A stretch of 64,000 nt of DNA from Phoronis australis (lineage: Eukaryota > Animalia > Phoronida). The notes below the pieces were generated by a model, which did not search any database, was not told the DNA's origin, and saw only the letters and a list, made by a program, of their open reading frames with translations. The stretch covers positions 1,705,023 through 1,769,022 of the forward strand of contig NMRA01000002.1 of assembly GCA_002633005.1 (NCBI GenBank), written 5' to 3'. Within the stretch, counting starts at the first letter, position 1. Each line of letters starts with the position of its first letter. This document shows, in pieces, positions 51,501-64,000 of the stretch. A program made the position numbers and the translations under genes.

Positions 51501-54469
51501 AAAGGAAAACATTCGTGTTTTACTTGCTTCATTTTGTGCGGTCTTTCGCGATCTCTCTTTTACGCGCAAGTTTCTCACCCCACTCTGCTGCGAGCGTTCA
51601 CCTTTGACGTCATACAAACGACGATCAGAGAGGCCAAAATTCAACACTTGGATTGATTTTGTGCTTTTTCACATCATAGATAATTCGAGAATTGTTCGAA
51701 GATAATAAATTTATTTTACCACATCAGTGTACAGAAGAAAAACAATGTTGAATTTTTAACGCATACATACAATTTGCTTAAATAAATACTGGCATTCAAA
51801 AATTGGAATATTTTTCCTACACTTTCGGGGTGCCAGGGAGACCCGAGACGACGGGAAAAGGTTCGTTTTGTACAATCGCGAAAATGGCGTTTTGAACTAT
51901 CTCTTGCCTAAACCGCCTTCAATATACCTTAAAGTAGCGACCCTATTACCTTGTTGAGAATAGAACCCCGAGTGTCTTTTCGTAATTCACATTTTAAAAA
52001 AGCAGTTAAAGATGCTATGCCTCATTAAAACCGTGAATATTTAAATTTGTAGCTAGTGCCACCTAGTGACTTCCTGGAGAACTGTGTGTAGAAGTATAAT
52101 CAAAACAATTTGTAAATAAATTGCGGTTTTCAAGAAAACACCACAGCTGATACATATAAGAACAAACGTGAACATATAAAAAAACCTTGTTACTCCAAGT
52201 ATTACGAATCGTTATTTGATAGTGAAATAAGCAAACAATAAAAACGGTGCCTTGTTTCATTACGGTAACAAGAATGCTGTGGGGGTTTCCCAGGGATTTC
52301 CGTGTCGTCCAAAGAAATGTGGACGAGATGTGTGTGCAAATACTAAGAATTTGCACTACCAGAGAAGGAAAATGGCATGACGTTGAATATTGTCCAAGGT
52401 GACGGCAAAATGATGAAATTACACAACGAACGCTTTCGTTGTAGTCATCGTGATGAGTGTCGTCCGAGTAGCCAGACCTAAGTTGTCGGTGGCCGACATC
52501 GGGTGTTCGTCCGCCATTATGAAATATTACCTTACTCATTTACATAAAAATGGTCTCACAAAACGGTAATGTTAACTGGTTCTTGGATGGTTTCCGGCAC
52601 AGTGGAGAATCCGGAGTTGTTTGTAAATTAGTACTTCGTTTGCATATTCACAGTTTAATGAGACTATGCATCTTTAAATTGAAAACGTCTATGTTAGCGT
52701 GAAGACAAAATCTTCACTTTTAATTTTCATAAAATTTACAATGATTTATGCACAACTGAAAATTTCATTCACTTTGTATAATCATTTGCTCCTAAAACAT
52801 GATTCCTAGTGTGGTAACATAATTTTAATGGTAAAAATTGTATGTCTAAATTCATAACAAACTATGCTTTTCATACAAATGCCGATTTGAAACGCTTCCC
52901 ACAAAACGATGTCGACCATGTTATCAATTACTTGTCAATCACAATTCAATTCTAGATGCCGTTTTCCTCCGAGACTTGTTTGTAGAATAAGAAGCAGTGG
53001 GCTTGTTTATTATAACTATTAGTGTAAATTGACCACACTAGGTCGCGTAAAGGGGCTTGATTGGGTCGTAACTATTGACTAATTTTGCAAATGAGTTGGC
53101 AGCTAAACGGTTACACGATTTCAAGAGCAAGGCAGTTAAAATGATAACCACCGCTGAGTAGTACCTCGTGTAGGCGTGGGAAATGGCGCCGTCGTGCATC
53201 CAGTTCTTTAAACAAAACGCGTGTAAAATTAATGAGAGTTTATTTCTGTTCACTGATTTGCATGTTTATGTAAAGGCGTCAACCCAGTCAGGAATCATGC
53301 TTCGGATATGACGAGTTTACACAAAACATCTTTATGTTTTGTCTTCTGCATTCTTCTTCTTATTATTATTACTAGTTTGAATAATCCTGTTTTGTTTAAT
53401 TAATTCACAATTACAGAAATAACAATTGAAGTTGCTTACTTGTCTTTTCTAAAATGAAAATTAAGCCTTGCAGGAAATAAAACGCATATCCTTATCTCTA
53501 CTTTGCTAACATTATTCTTGTTACTGATACAAGTTTAAGTATTTTTGTTCAATGAACGCATAGCATTAGTTACCACAGTTACACTCAAAGTCGCTTTTAG
53601 CACACAACCATCAGAAAATGAAACTTATACCCTTGAAAACTAATATATACTATTTGTTTCCACCGAATAGTAAACGATATATAAAGCTCAAGAAAGGAGT
53701 ACCCTTGAGCAGATTTCTGAACGATCATTTGTAGGCAAACATCGGAAGTTAAGGCTGTCGGCAGATATCGAACAGTGTGGGTACCGAAGACTGAAGGCGT
53801 GTTTTTACCATATGGTTCTTTGTAATCTTCATGTAAAAAATTACAAAGCCAATTTATGGGAATCAAGAATTTAATTCAGTTCACCGTGATGCCCAAATAT
53901 AACCATTGATATAACTGTCGTTCATGCATAATTAATTGTTGAATAATAGTTACAAAAACGAGTTACACCATAATCGAACCTGCTTTGACCATGGTCGATA
54001 AACCGACAATGGGCCAAGGCAGATAAGATGTCACAGTCCTGTACGACGATTGATTGGAGCTAAACGTGTGTTTTCTCTGTGGTTTACACGACTTATGGCG
54101 AACAAGAAAGCTCAGGTAGGAATTAGTTATTTTTAGAACTATATTCATTGATAGGAGGAATATTCAAAAATTAATAATTAAGTAACATATTTTTTTGCTT
54201 TCAACAGCGAGTCCTTTTCATGTGCCCGCGTGTTAACGTTAGAAGATGCAATCCTCAAACACTTTGTGACGATAATGTGCAACGGTCCCAGTTTTGTAAT
54301 CAATCGAGTGGGTGAAACACGCCCATATGAAGAGTGGTTAGTCCAACTCAATTATGTTTAACCGTGTGATCGAAACAACACAGTGTAAGATAGCCACTGT
54401 CGAAACATTGAGGGAATTCTTTCACTTCACTAAAATGACTGACAATATCTAAACGTATTAAAAGAGTCT

Positions 54470-54479
54470 TCCCAAGGGA
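54470..54479. promoter_or_regulatory. COE/EBF (UNC-3) consensus site
   Basis: TCCCAAGGGA, a perfect TCCCNNGGGA, about 530 bp upstream of the putative ChAT exon. Confidence 0.35.
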
Positions 54480-55170
54480 AATTTGGTGCACTTTCAAAAG
54501 TTCGTGAGCTGGTGGTTCAGGAAGCCTATGTTCACGGTAATTTTTAGGAAATGAACTGTGTGAATAGCATGCTATAAAGCAGTATTGTTTGTTCAACTTG
54601 AGTTTTTTTTGTATTTACGTGTTTCAAATATGAGCCACTCACTCTTGGTTGGTCTACACAACAAACGTAACATTCAAAGATATAAGCAATACGAGAATAT
54701 TGCAGCACTTCGTGCAGTTTTGTAAAATGTCAGGCGTTGTCGACATGACGGGCACCCGTCAGTCTATGAGCAAACGCGGATTCAATTTCTGAAATCGATC
54801 GAAAACATGGCGGATAAATAAGCAAGTCACTTTTCTGTTAAATTTTCTGTGCAATGCAGGTCTTCGTGAACCTTTGTAAATATACCAACAAGGTTTCCGT
54901 TTGAAGCGAATTTACACCCCAATATCGTGCTGAGATTCAAGTATTTCTCAGCATTCATTTCAAATAGTGATCGATAACGACATCTTTTTTCAATGAAGAA
55001 CTGTTTTCAGCGGAAAAACGGAGAGAACTTGCGACAGTGAGGGGAACGTTAAGAGCCAGTGCTTGGAATAGACCTGGAAATTTGCAGAAGTCTCCGGCTC
55101 TTTCTTTCTGGAGCAGAGCACATGTCAATCGTAGTCTAGACCGAAGACGTTAAACCCCAGTAGAGTCAAG

Positions 55171-55266
55171 ATGGATGGGCCTGCAAAAGCACCGCTTCCT
55201 GTACGGGACTATGTCAAGCGGGTCGCATCTATAGACCTGGAGGAATACCCCGATTGGAACCTTTCG
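55171..55266 (+). CDS. CHAT: Probable first coding exon of choline acetyltransferase (MDGPAKAPLPVRDYVKRVASIDLEEYPDWNLS); exon probably starts at 55011
   Basis: aagATGG start, 32 open codons, consensus donor CG|GTAAGT at 55267 and acceptor ctgttttcag ending at 55010. It lies downstream of VAChT on the same strand, as expected for the conserved locus. The LPKLPVP catalytic-domain exon was not found in the window. Confidence 0.6.
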
Positions 55267-56028
55267 GTAAGTTGACGCGATAGGTTAAACGATGGTGCTT
55301 ACGTGAGCACGTGCACACTGATCGCGGCAGACAGAAGTTGCACTTTCCACATTTTGGTTCATTAATTGATTCTTTGTTAACGGGTTTGAATATTCATTTG
55401 ACCATCACTCATTCATGTATCAACTATGATTGTCAGACACAATTCTTAAGATACAGCTGATACATGTACAGCTAAACTAAACTTAACATTTCACCATGCG
55501 TGATTTATATTTACACATGAAATAAAAAACAGACGACAACGAAAAATAAAAACTGTTCTTTACAACATTCCTATAACACACTGGTAGTTCTCTGGGTTGA
55601 AATCTGTTGTACCGGGAAGGCAATAGGAAGTGGCAGGAATTACATCATTTTTTTTCTCAATTACTTGGGAAGCCTGCCGGCCATTGCGCATTGAGCAATT
55701 GGCTCCTACGTCACTGTGTCTTAATGATTGTCATTTATACCAGAGCCATTATGTTATTTTCGGTTCCACTTATCTCTATCTAAAATCTCAAGCAGCCACT
55801 ACTTAAAAATATTTGACATTTTTCGCTTCATAAATGTTTCAAGTTATTGTAATTCGGTTAGTGACGGCAAAGATCACCATTTTAGAACCACACAAAATTA
55901 ACACGGTTGAGAGTTCATAAAATACAGCAGCGTGTATCGACTATCTCAACTACATAGTCCTCAGGAATTTCAGACTGAACAATTAAGTACGTTTAACGAT
56001 TTGAAAGTAAGACAAAAGATAACGCACA

Positions 56029-56560
56029 GGTTATGTAGGACCCCAGAGAAATGGCCAAATTTGGCAAACTTTGTAACATCTTATCTCAGAAATCGCTGAT
56101 CGGATTAATATGAAAATTTCAGAAACCGTAATTTATGCACAGATCTTCAAACTTATTTTAGGAATTGTTTTTAACATGTTCGACTTTTGCTGGAGGGAAT
56201 CTCAAAAATAAGACTTATGTTTTTTACGAAAAAAAAAATGTATAAGATGGAAATGAAAAAAAATAATATAGAAAAGTGTAACAATGTTCTTGAGCTTTCA
56301 TCTTGAACATTTATATTAAACAAAATTCGTTCGTTTCATTCATGCCGTTGTCGTGCAATCGATGTAGCTTCTCTTTTCACTAAATTCTAGTAAAAGGCAC
56401 AGTCACGTAACCCTATCAATGTGGGATTGGTAAAAAGTCAAAAATCAAATTATGCAAGCTTTCTACTTTCAGAAAATATATACTTTTACTGGATCAAAAT
56501 CTATGGCTTTGTGGCAAGTATGCGAAATACACTGACTTATCAATAAGGCCCTACGTAACC
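56029..56560. mobile_element. MITE in the putative ChAT intron
   Basis: ggttatgtaggacc / ggccctacgtaacc inverted ends. Confidence 0.5.
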
Positions 56561-59173
56561 ATAACTTGGACTCTTGCCAATAATCACTGATAGTACAAGT
56601 TTTAAATTTGGAAAATTGTATGTTTCTACCTCTTGTACTTTCCAAAACGGGGTGTCTACCAAAAGTGTGCTTATTCTGAGGAGATCATAGTACAAATAGT
56701 TCCTCCAGCCAATTAAGCTTATTTTGTGGATAAGTGAAACACGCTGAAATAAACTCTCGTAATCTCGTAAAGACTTGTCTTAGTTTGACATTTGCTGACA
56801 ATTTTAGTTTTGGAAAAGTTCGCAAACCCTAGAAAAGTTTAATTATGGTTCTTAAAATAGGCCTAAGGGCCTATATACGGAACACGACGATGTCTGACAT
56901 AAAGAATTCATAACCCTTCTTCCGTTTCTTACTGCTGTCGTGGGTCCCATGAGCAGCTAAAAACATAGTCAGGGCTGCATGGAATTACATAAAGAAAGAG
57001 TGTTAGATGTTTCTGAACGTGTATCAGAAATGATCCATTTTCAGTTTGCAACACCTTAATTGCACTTTTTTGAACACCTCATCCATCAAAGCATAGCCCC
57101 AATCAAACTTCAATGGGACATGGCCAAAAACGGCATTACTGTTGGATGGAATAGATTTCTTGAAGTTACTAGCTAAGGGCATTTACCTGCTATGGAGGTT
57201 CTTTTCAAAGTTGACTAACCGTTCTATATTGATTTGCGGTCGGTACCGAAGTAGTATATCTATAAATACTTTTGATTGAATATTGAGTTTTCGAATATGA
57301 CGAATACCGGAGTCTATGTACACTTTGACTACCAGCTTGTAGAGGTCATTTCAAGGTCGAGAGACTGGGTTGCAGGACCAGAAGTGCCCTAATAAAATGT
57401 GAAATTATCACAGGCAACGCTAATTACGTCAAGCCGAAACAGCAAAAATCATACTGGAAAAGTTAACAGCTGCGAAAATTTTCGTTGATGTAGTCAATAA
57501 ACTCCATTCGGTCCATTTTTATTATATGCGATTAGGAGCGCTATCTTGTACTAAAAGGTTTTGTAAAGCGACATATACATGTATGTAAAGATAATTAGCT
57601 TTCTGCGACATTGGGAAGGTTTTGCAGTGAAAAGTAAATAAAAAACTCAGAAAATGTCGATAACAATTGCTTGAGTTGCTGGCGTGTATCTGCACGAATT
57701 CTTAAGAAAAGATATACCTGACAGGGTCATGATATTTACTCACTTTTTGTGTGAAGATGTGGCCGACGTTAACAGACCGGAAATGTAAATGTAAACGGAG
57801 TGTCAACGAAAGATGTTTCAGTCATACACGTCAGTTGCATTTGCGTGTGATAAAGTACTATGCAGAAGTAAATAAAGGTAGGGAGGAATATCAGTATTTG
57901 TATGTAATATCGCTCAGCATGTTCATTTGGTACAAATTCAAGTGAATTATTCCATAACAGCCCATAGGAAAAAGACAATAACGTTTCGATTGCTTAGAAA
58001 GCTCAACTTTCAAAGCTGTGAAAATATAACCGTGCGTATGACGTAATAAGCAAACGAATGCCTAAATATTGAAGAGAGCAACTCGCTGCTAATCAACAAT
58101 CGCTGAATTCAAATTAAAGTAACAAACCAGGACTGCGTTACGTAGAGAAAGTATATTCAGATCACGCATGACAACGCAAAATAACACAACTATGATAAGA
58201 ACCGAGGCACTTGGCAAGGCTCTCGTGCCCGAGCCTCCACTAGTTTTTAACCTTCCTGCAGGCCCGCAATATAGGCCCAGGTTGGGGATTTCAAATTTTA
58301 ACTATTCTGACCTGGTAGGCTTCTGCGCCCACAGCTATTTTAATCTTACTACAATCAACCTATTAGTGGATACCAATTCTGTCCATGATTTAATCAAAAT
58401 GATGAACTAATCCATGACGATTACCTACAGCCGAACACCCGATCACGTGATTTGTTAACGTTTCAGTCTCCAGAACGTCATCGCAGAGTACAAATATTAC
58501 AAAAGTTATCAATAGACATGCGTGCGTATTTTACAATCCTTTTCTACAAGCAGTATACAGTTGTAATATCTCGTAAATCTCATAAAGGGGCTTCATTAAT
58601 GTATGCAAATATGTTTATTTGGTGATGAAATCGGTCGACGTCAATTTTTAGATAATTCGGCTGTAGTACTGTTGGTCCCCTGGTGGGAGTTCCTATAATA
58701 GATTTCCTTGGTGAAATTCATGAAATTTGACTAAAATGTTTCTATCCAGGAAACGCTGACACATGCATGTTTTCTAACGACTCTAACCTGTACTGCCCCA
58801 TCAGGGACAGTTTTAGCCTTTTGGAAACCGGTCATATGTCTAACCTGCTGCTAATGCTGTAGTCTGGTAACTTCCACTTTATTTTCTGAAAATCATTACA
58901 TAAAATATATAAAGCACTAGCTGTTATCAGTGCAAAAGGGAAATGCCGAGGGGAAATAGTTACATTTTCAAGTCAACATTTAGCGTTCATCGCAAGAGAA
59001 AGGGATAATTCTTAAAGAGTCCGTTTTATTTTTTAAAGCTTCAATAAGGATTTCTGTCAAATTAAGGCAAGGTCCGTGGCTGCGTGATTCTTTCCGAAGG
59101 CTGTACAAGTTTTTTTTTCTTTCCAGAACATTTGACCCTGCAGTAACATAATGTACGACAATCTTCTATTATT

Positions 59174-60051
59174 CATAGGCGGATTTAGGGGGTCACAGGG
59201 CCCCCTCCCTTAGCTGCCGCAAAAATAAAACAGCAAGGGAAATGTTGAGTTTATTAATTAACCCAGGTAATTAAAATTATATGGATGAAACAAGATTTAA
59301 ATAAAGTGTCAAATTCGGAACACGGCGCAATCGTAACGGAACTATGGCTAAGTATAGGCTCTCCCGCGATATCCCAGGCGACCGGCAGTGGCGCTGCGCA
59401 CTACGACTCCGTTTCCGTCGTCTGCTCCACTGTGCAATGAAGAAAATTTACTTCATTTGTTAAAGAAAACGGAGCCTGAGTGACGATGAAAAAACAGAAG
59501 CTGCTGGTAAGATGTGAATTTTAATCGAAGCCTTAGTGAATCACTAAGAAACTCATAATTCTCTCTTTGTCAAACCTTAACTTAAGACGATTTCCAAAGC
59601 AATCCCGTCATTATTGCCAACAAGAAAAACGGATTTGGTCTTTTGGGCATTTGAAGACTATTTTAAATACAACAAATTTGTTACAAACAGAGTGCACAAA
59701 ATATAAAACTTGTAATAACCATTACAAAAAGAAGTAGGTTTCGCGTGCAAACGCTGTGAACCATAAACAAGTAGGTCTCTTAGCATCAGATTAGGAGTTA
59801 AATCGTGGTGGTGTAGTGGTAAAGCACGCGTGCTGTATCCGCCAGGACGTGAGTTCGAGTATGTGGTATGTGCAGTTTTCCATTCTCCTTTTTTTCTTGG
59901 ATAATACTTCAGGAATCAAGGAAAATGCTCGATTTTTAAAGGAAAAAACAGAAAAATTTCCTGGTGCTATGCGCATCTATAATCGTGGTTTGCGCAAATG
60001 CTTACAGAAAAAATTTTGGGCCCCCCTTGTGATATCCTAGATCCGCCACTG
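59174..60051. mobile_element. Non-autonomous hAT5-like element with 5-bp TSD
   Basis: TTATT|cataggcggatttagggg...cctagatccgccactg|TTATT; contains a decayed tRNA-like segment near 59805-59860. Confidence 0.75.
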
Positions 60052-61539
60052 TTATTTAAATTGAAAACTAAGGAAGTATTTAAAAACATTGTCGTTGTAC
60101 AAAAAGTATTATGATGTATTTGCAAATGTCACCTCATAAATGTACACAATAAGGTAGAAAGCCAGGTATAGATGAATGAAGACTATCGTCAACTTACAGG
60201 GTAGGTAGCTGTGTGTTAAGTTCCGTTAGGCACCGAAACTTTACACCACTCGGGTAGCTCATGTCCTTTTGAAAACAATGCGATGGTGACACGCGCACGT
60301 GCCCTACTTAAATTTTGCGATATCTCTCGGAAGATGATGACAGCTTAGCAGCAAAATTGGGTTTGCTGGTATTAAAACACTAAAATTTTGTAACGAAATG
60401 AAACAAGTTCCAATTGTTTAGATATGTACGCAACCTCGTGGAAGAGAAAAACAGTGGATTGAGGAATCGGGGAAATTGGCCGCAGTCGGTGACGCAATGG
60501 CGCCGAAAGCCGACTCAAAAGAATCTACCTCAATTTTAGCGGCAAATTATGGTAGAACGCCAAGTTTTCCAACATCGGTAAATAGTTAAGTTTACTCAAG
60601 GAAAAGTGTAGTCTTTAACGACGTCATTAATTTTGGCGGCGACAGGCCCGAAGAAGTATAAGCGATGGAAGCCGGAAGGAGTGAAATTAAGCCTGCGGAC
60701 TGACGTCACCCAGGCCGTTGAGCCGACGGACTGACGTCACTGAGGCCAGTACGAAACCGGCCACCCTCCATCCACGTCCGCAAAAAAACGGCCCGCGAAC
60801 AAAAAATAGAACACCTCCTATCTAAACAGAAGGCCGGTGCACAACCTAGGACCAAGGCGGTGCCGAAACGGGTTCAACGAAAGTCTGTAGTAGAGCTGGC
60901 AGCCGGGAGAAGGAGTTTGTGCGGACCGGGGGAGATATTGGGTCCACAAGCCGAATTTAAGTCATAATAATTGCCTGAACATTTTCACTTAGCTCCGTAA
61001 TGGTCCTATACGAAAAATACTTTTCGCTGGAAATAAAAGATTGTCAGTTGTCATTAAAAATACTCGAGAAAGGTTGTTATCTAATAGCAAACCGGGCAAA
61101 TCCTATAGTTTTAATATTGCCAGCAGCTTTGTGGTCAACTCCACTTACAATGACGGGGCTCATTTCCGTGGACAATTCAATAAACAGCACATGGGTCGCC
61201 CTGAACGTTGAGAACATGAACGCCCAGTTACGACTGACGAACTACAAAGTACATTTGTCTTCAAATTTAGATTAATAAAGCTTACAGCACACAGCTTACA
61301 GAGACGTTCTGAACACAACTATTGTAATATCGGTTAATTAACCACCTGTCCACAGCTAGCACACTGTGGTCAATTCAAAGAAGGAGCGTGCGATATGAGG
61401 AGCTCATTTCTGTGGGCACGTGTGTTACAAGAACCATGCTCACGCGCGTTGTAAATGTGTGAATGTAGACCTAATTCACGCCGACAGGAGGCGCGTTCCA
61501 AAACGAGGCTCGCTACGATAGTTCTATTTGCTTATCCGC

Positions 61540-61865
61540 GTAGTTGTATTCTGCGTTGCTGGAACGGCTAGAACACGGACATTCAACTGCCTGTTTTACA
61601 ATCCCTAAGGACGTTGAGATTCGGAAGCGTTGGGTCGTTGCCTCGAAGGAAAATATGTCCGTGTAAAATTTATAAATGTTTTTGAAAAGTTAGATCATAT
61701 TTTGTCGCTTCTCGGTTGCCGATCAGCATCATAGCAACAACCGGAGAATCTTCGGCCATCGAGGCTGTGTTTTCATGACTACGGGTTGAAACATGATGCA
61801 TTTTTTCCACAAAGAACAGGGCCCTCAGTCCCTCGATTTTGAGGCTGAATATCGTCCCTATTCCC
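61540..61865 (+). pseudogene. THAP-domain transposase relic
   Basis: CFTIPKDVEIRKRWV at 61592, with an upstream CxxxC and downstream HF and LRLNIVP pieces; disrupted. Confidence 0.5.
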
Positions 61866-64000
61866 CTCTCAAAAATATTCAAAAATCACGCGAAATACCT
61901 CCCCACGAGGCCTGAAAAAGGCTAGTGATTGAAAATTGCTCTTCGAATTTCACCTAACCACACAGGTGACAATTTGAAAGAGCTCAAAATGCTACTTGAG
62001 ACAGGGCCTATGAGAACTTGCAACAGGGCGGGAGTGCTATTGATGGTGACCGGGAGGTAGATTTTTCCCCTCACTCGGCGAAAAAATTCCCCTCTCAGAA
62101 GGCATAGGCACCTTTCCCCTCGAATAACGAGGCCCCTAAAGAAACATGATAACTATGCTTGCTCTGTCCAGTTAACTGAAATTGAGATCTAAAACGAGAT
62201 TATGCTTTAGACGAACGAACAAGGTGTTTTAATTTTAAAATTCAACTTGGTCCAGATTGACATTTGACACCAAATAGACGTAAGAATTATTAAAACCAAG
62301 CAAGCAGAATTGATTTTTAAATAATATTTATTTTCAATTACCAGCCTGGTTATTTAGTTTAATAAAATATATTTAATAACATCAATTATTCTTTCAATCA
62401 ATGACAAATCAACTATTAGTCCCGGTAGTCCCTACCTCACCTGGACATAAGCTATGCTTGATCAACAAGTTAAACCAGATGTGACTAATTGGACATCACA
62501 GTAAAATGTGATGAGCCACCACTGTCGAATATATCTTGAACTCGTCAACAATACGAGAAGGTTCGTGTAGAAAGCATTATCAACAATTTACAAGGAGAAA
62601 CGTAACCCTGCATTCACCATAATTCCTAATCCGTAACACTACGATGGCCGCAATTTTGTCACATTTACTTTTTATGGTTCGAACCTAGTTATCCGAAAAA
62701 ATTATACCATTTCGTCAGACAACTTTTTGGTGCATTGACTTGTTCTCTAATGTATTTATCTACGTCTCTTTAGTTAATTATCGACACATTTTTACGATTT
62801 AATATCCAGGTTGGACGCGAAAGACCGGCCATTTAACTCACGCAATGTCAACTTCCGCTTTGTTTATCGCAGTGAGCCTCGCTTTGTATTTTAATGTCCG
62901 CCGCGTGAGTTAGGTCTATAGTAAGTACACAGCAGACCGATAAACAGCAGGTAGCTACAGACGGGTCGCCCTGAGCGTTGAGAACCTGGACGCAAAATAA
63001 CAGCAAACCTATGATTCGTTTTTCAGAAGGCAAAATTCGAGTCCCAAGATGCTCAGGCTGTTTTAAACAGTACTGAGTATATACATGTACAACACTTATA
63101 GGGCCGTTGTCACTAACGTCAAGCATACAATGGACGATGCAGAATCGGTAGACAATTTATCAGCTAAAACAAACTAACTCTCGCTTGTCTAAGACAGTTG
63201 CAGTCACTGGTTCCTCAAAACCGTACTTGCATTTGATGATTTAGGTGGGCGGACGACAAAATTGACGAGGTTGACAAAAGAAAAATCGCTTAGTCATGAA
63301 AACCGCTACCTTAAGACAACTTTGTGTTTGGCAGTAGTTTCAGGGATGGGTGTAACCGATCTTCTCAGCGAAATTACATTCTAGCTTTTGAAAACCGCGG
63401 CAACTTTACCAGTCACAAGTTGTGAGTGCGAGAGACTCCATAACTACATGCGAGCGATCGCGAATTATAGTCGGCTGTCTGCGCTGGCACTAGCAAGCTA
63501 AGGTTATGTCAAACCTTATCTATCAGTCTGTATATTTAGCCGAATATCTACAAATCTATAAGATTTAACTTCGTGAATGTTCCTATTTTTATAAGCAAAA
63601 ATATGTAGAATTTAATTTCGGACTTCATATTACTCTGCCGTTAATTGGAGCACGTGACCATGACTTTTTAGTAAAATTTAGGAAAAATGAAAGGTACATC
63701 CACAGCTAAACAACGGTATCAATACAACGACCAAATTTTATTTGATTTAAATGTTTCAGATAAAGTCTCAAAAATGCTGTCACTGTTTGCTAAATTATCG
63801 TCTCGTTTTTTGTCTTATCCAATGTCTGAGCTTTCTCATAAAAACTCGAAAGTGGCGCAAGTTACCCTAGAACAAGTTACCCAACCTCGATAATGTGAAG
63901 TAAAGTTCCGTCCACACACAAATTTACCATAGAACACCTTACACTGGCGCAACTTGCTCCATTTTTAAGTGGAGCATCCACACACACACAGTATCCGATA

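Noticed and set aside
55273-64000. Further ChAT exons
   Set aside because: No exon encoding LPKLPVP or other carnitine/choline acyltransferase motifs could be found; the ORFs listed here look non-coding or transposon-derived.
1-64000. Prokaryotic systems (CRISPR arrays, operons, defence islands)
   Set aside because: The sequence is spliceosomal-intron-containing animal DNA with no repeat-spacer arrays or dense ORF packing.

Overview
AT-rich, intron- and transposon-rich animal genomic DNA, probably a marine lophotrochozoan; the taxon is inferred from protein style only. It is a draft scaffold with single-n gaps and at least three allelic duplications that look like assembly artefacts. There are three gene signals on the + strand. 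(1) The 3' part of a multi-exon TEX47/DYBLUF-like (degenerate BLUF-fold, ciliary dynein-associated) gene at 662-10471, which I rebuilt exon by exon. It contains a U12-type AT-AC intron (2131-3285) and apparently two duplicated alternative last exons. (2) The cholinergic gene locus: an intronless vesicular acetylcholine transporter (SLC18A3/VAChT, 46326-48023) lying between a probable shared non-coding first exon (donor after 46041) and the probable first coding exon of choline acetyltransferase (55171-55266). The rest of ChAT lies beyond the window. (3) A candidate orphan gene starting MGCxxS at 22904, behind an X-box/CCAAT/Inr-like promoter. The region 11-45 kb is mostly nested DNA-transposon debris: a Kolobok-like element with THAP and P2X7-ballast-like relics, hAT relics, a MITE family with 5-bp TSDs, a Harbinger MITE, foldback hairpins, and an L1/Tx1 3' end. 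All calls come from reading the sequence by eye; no searches were run.
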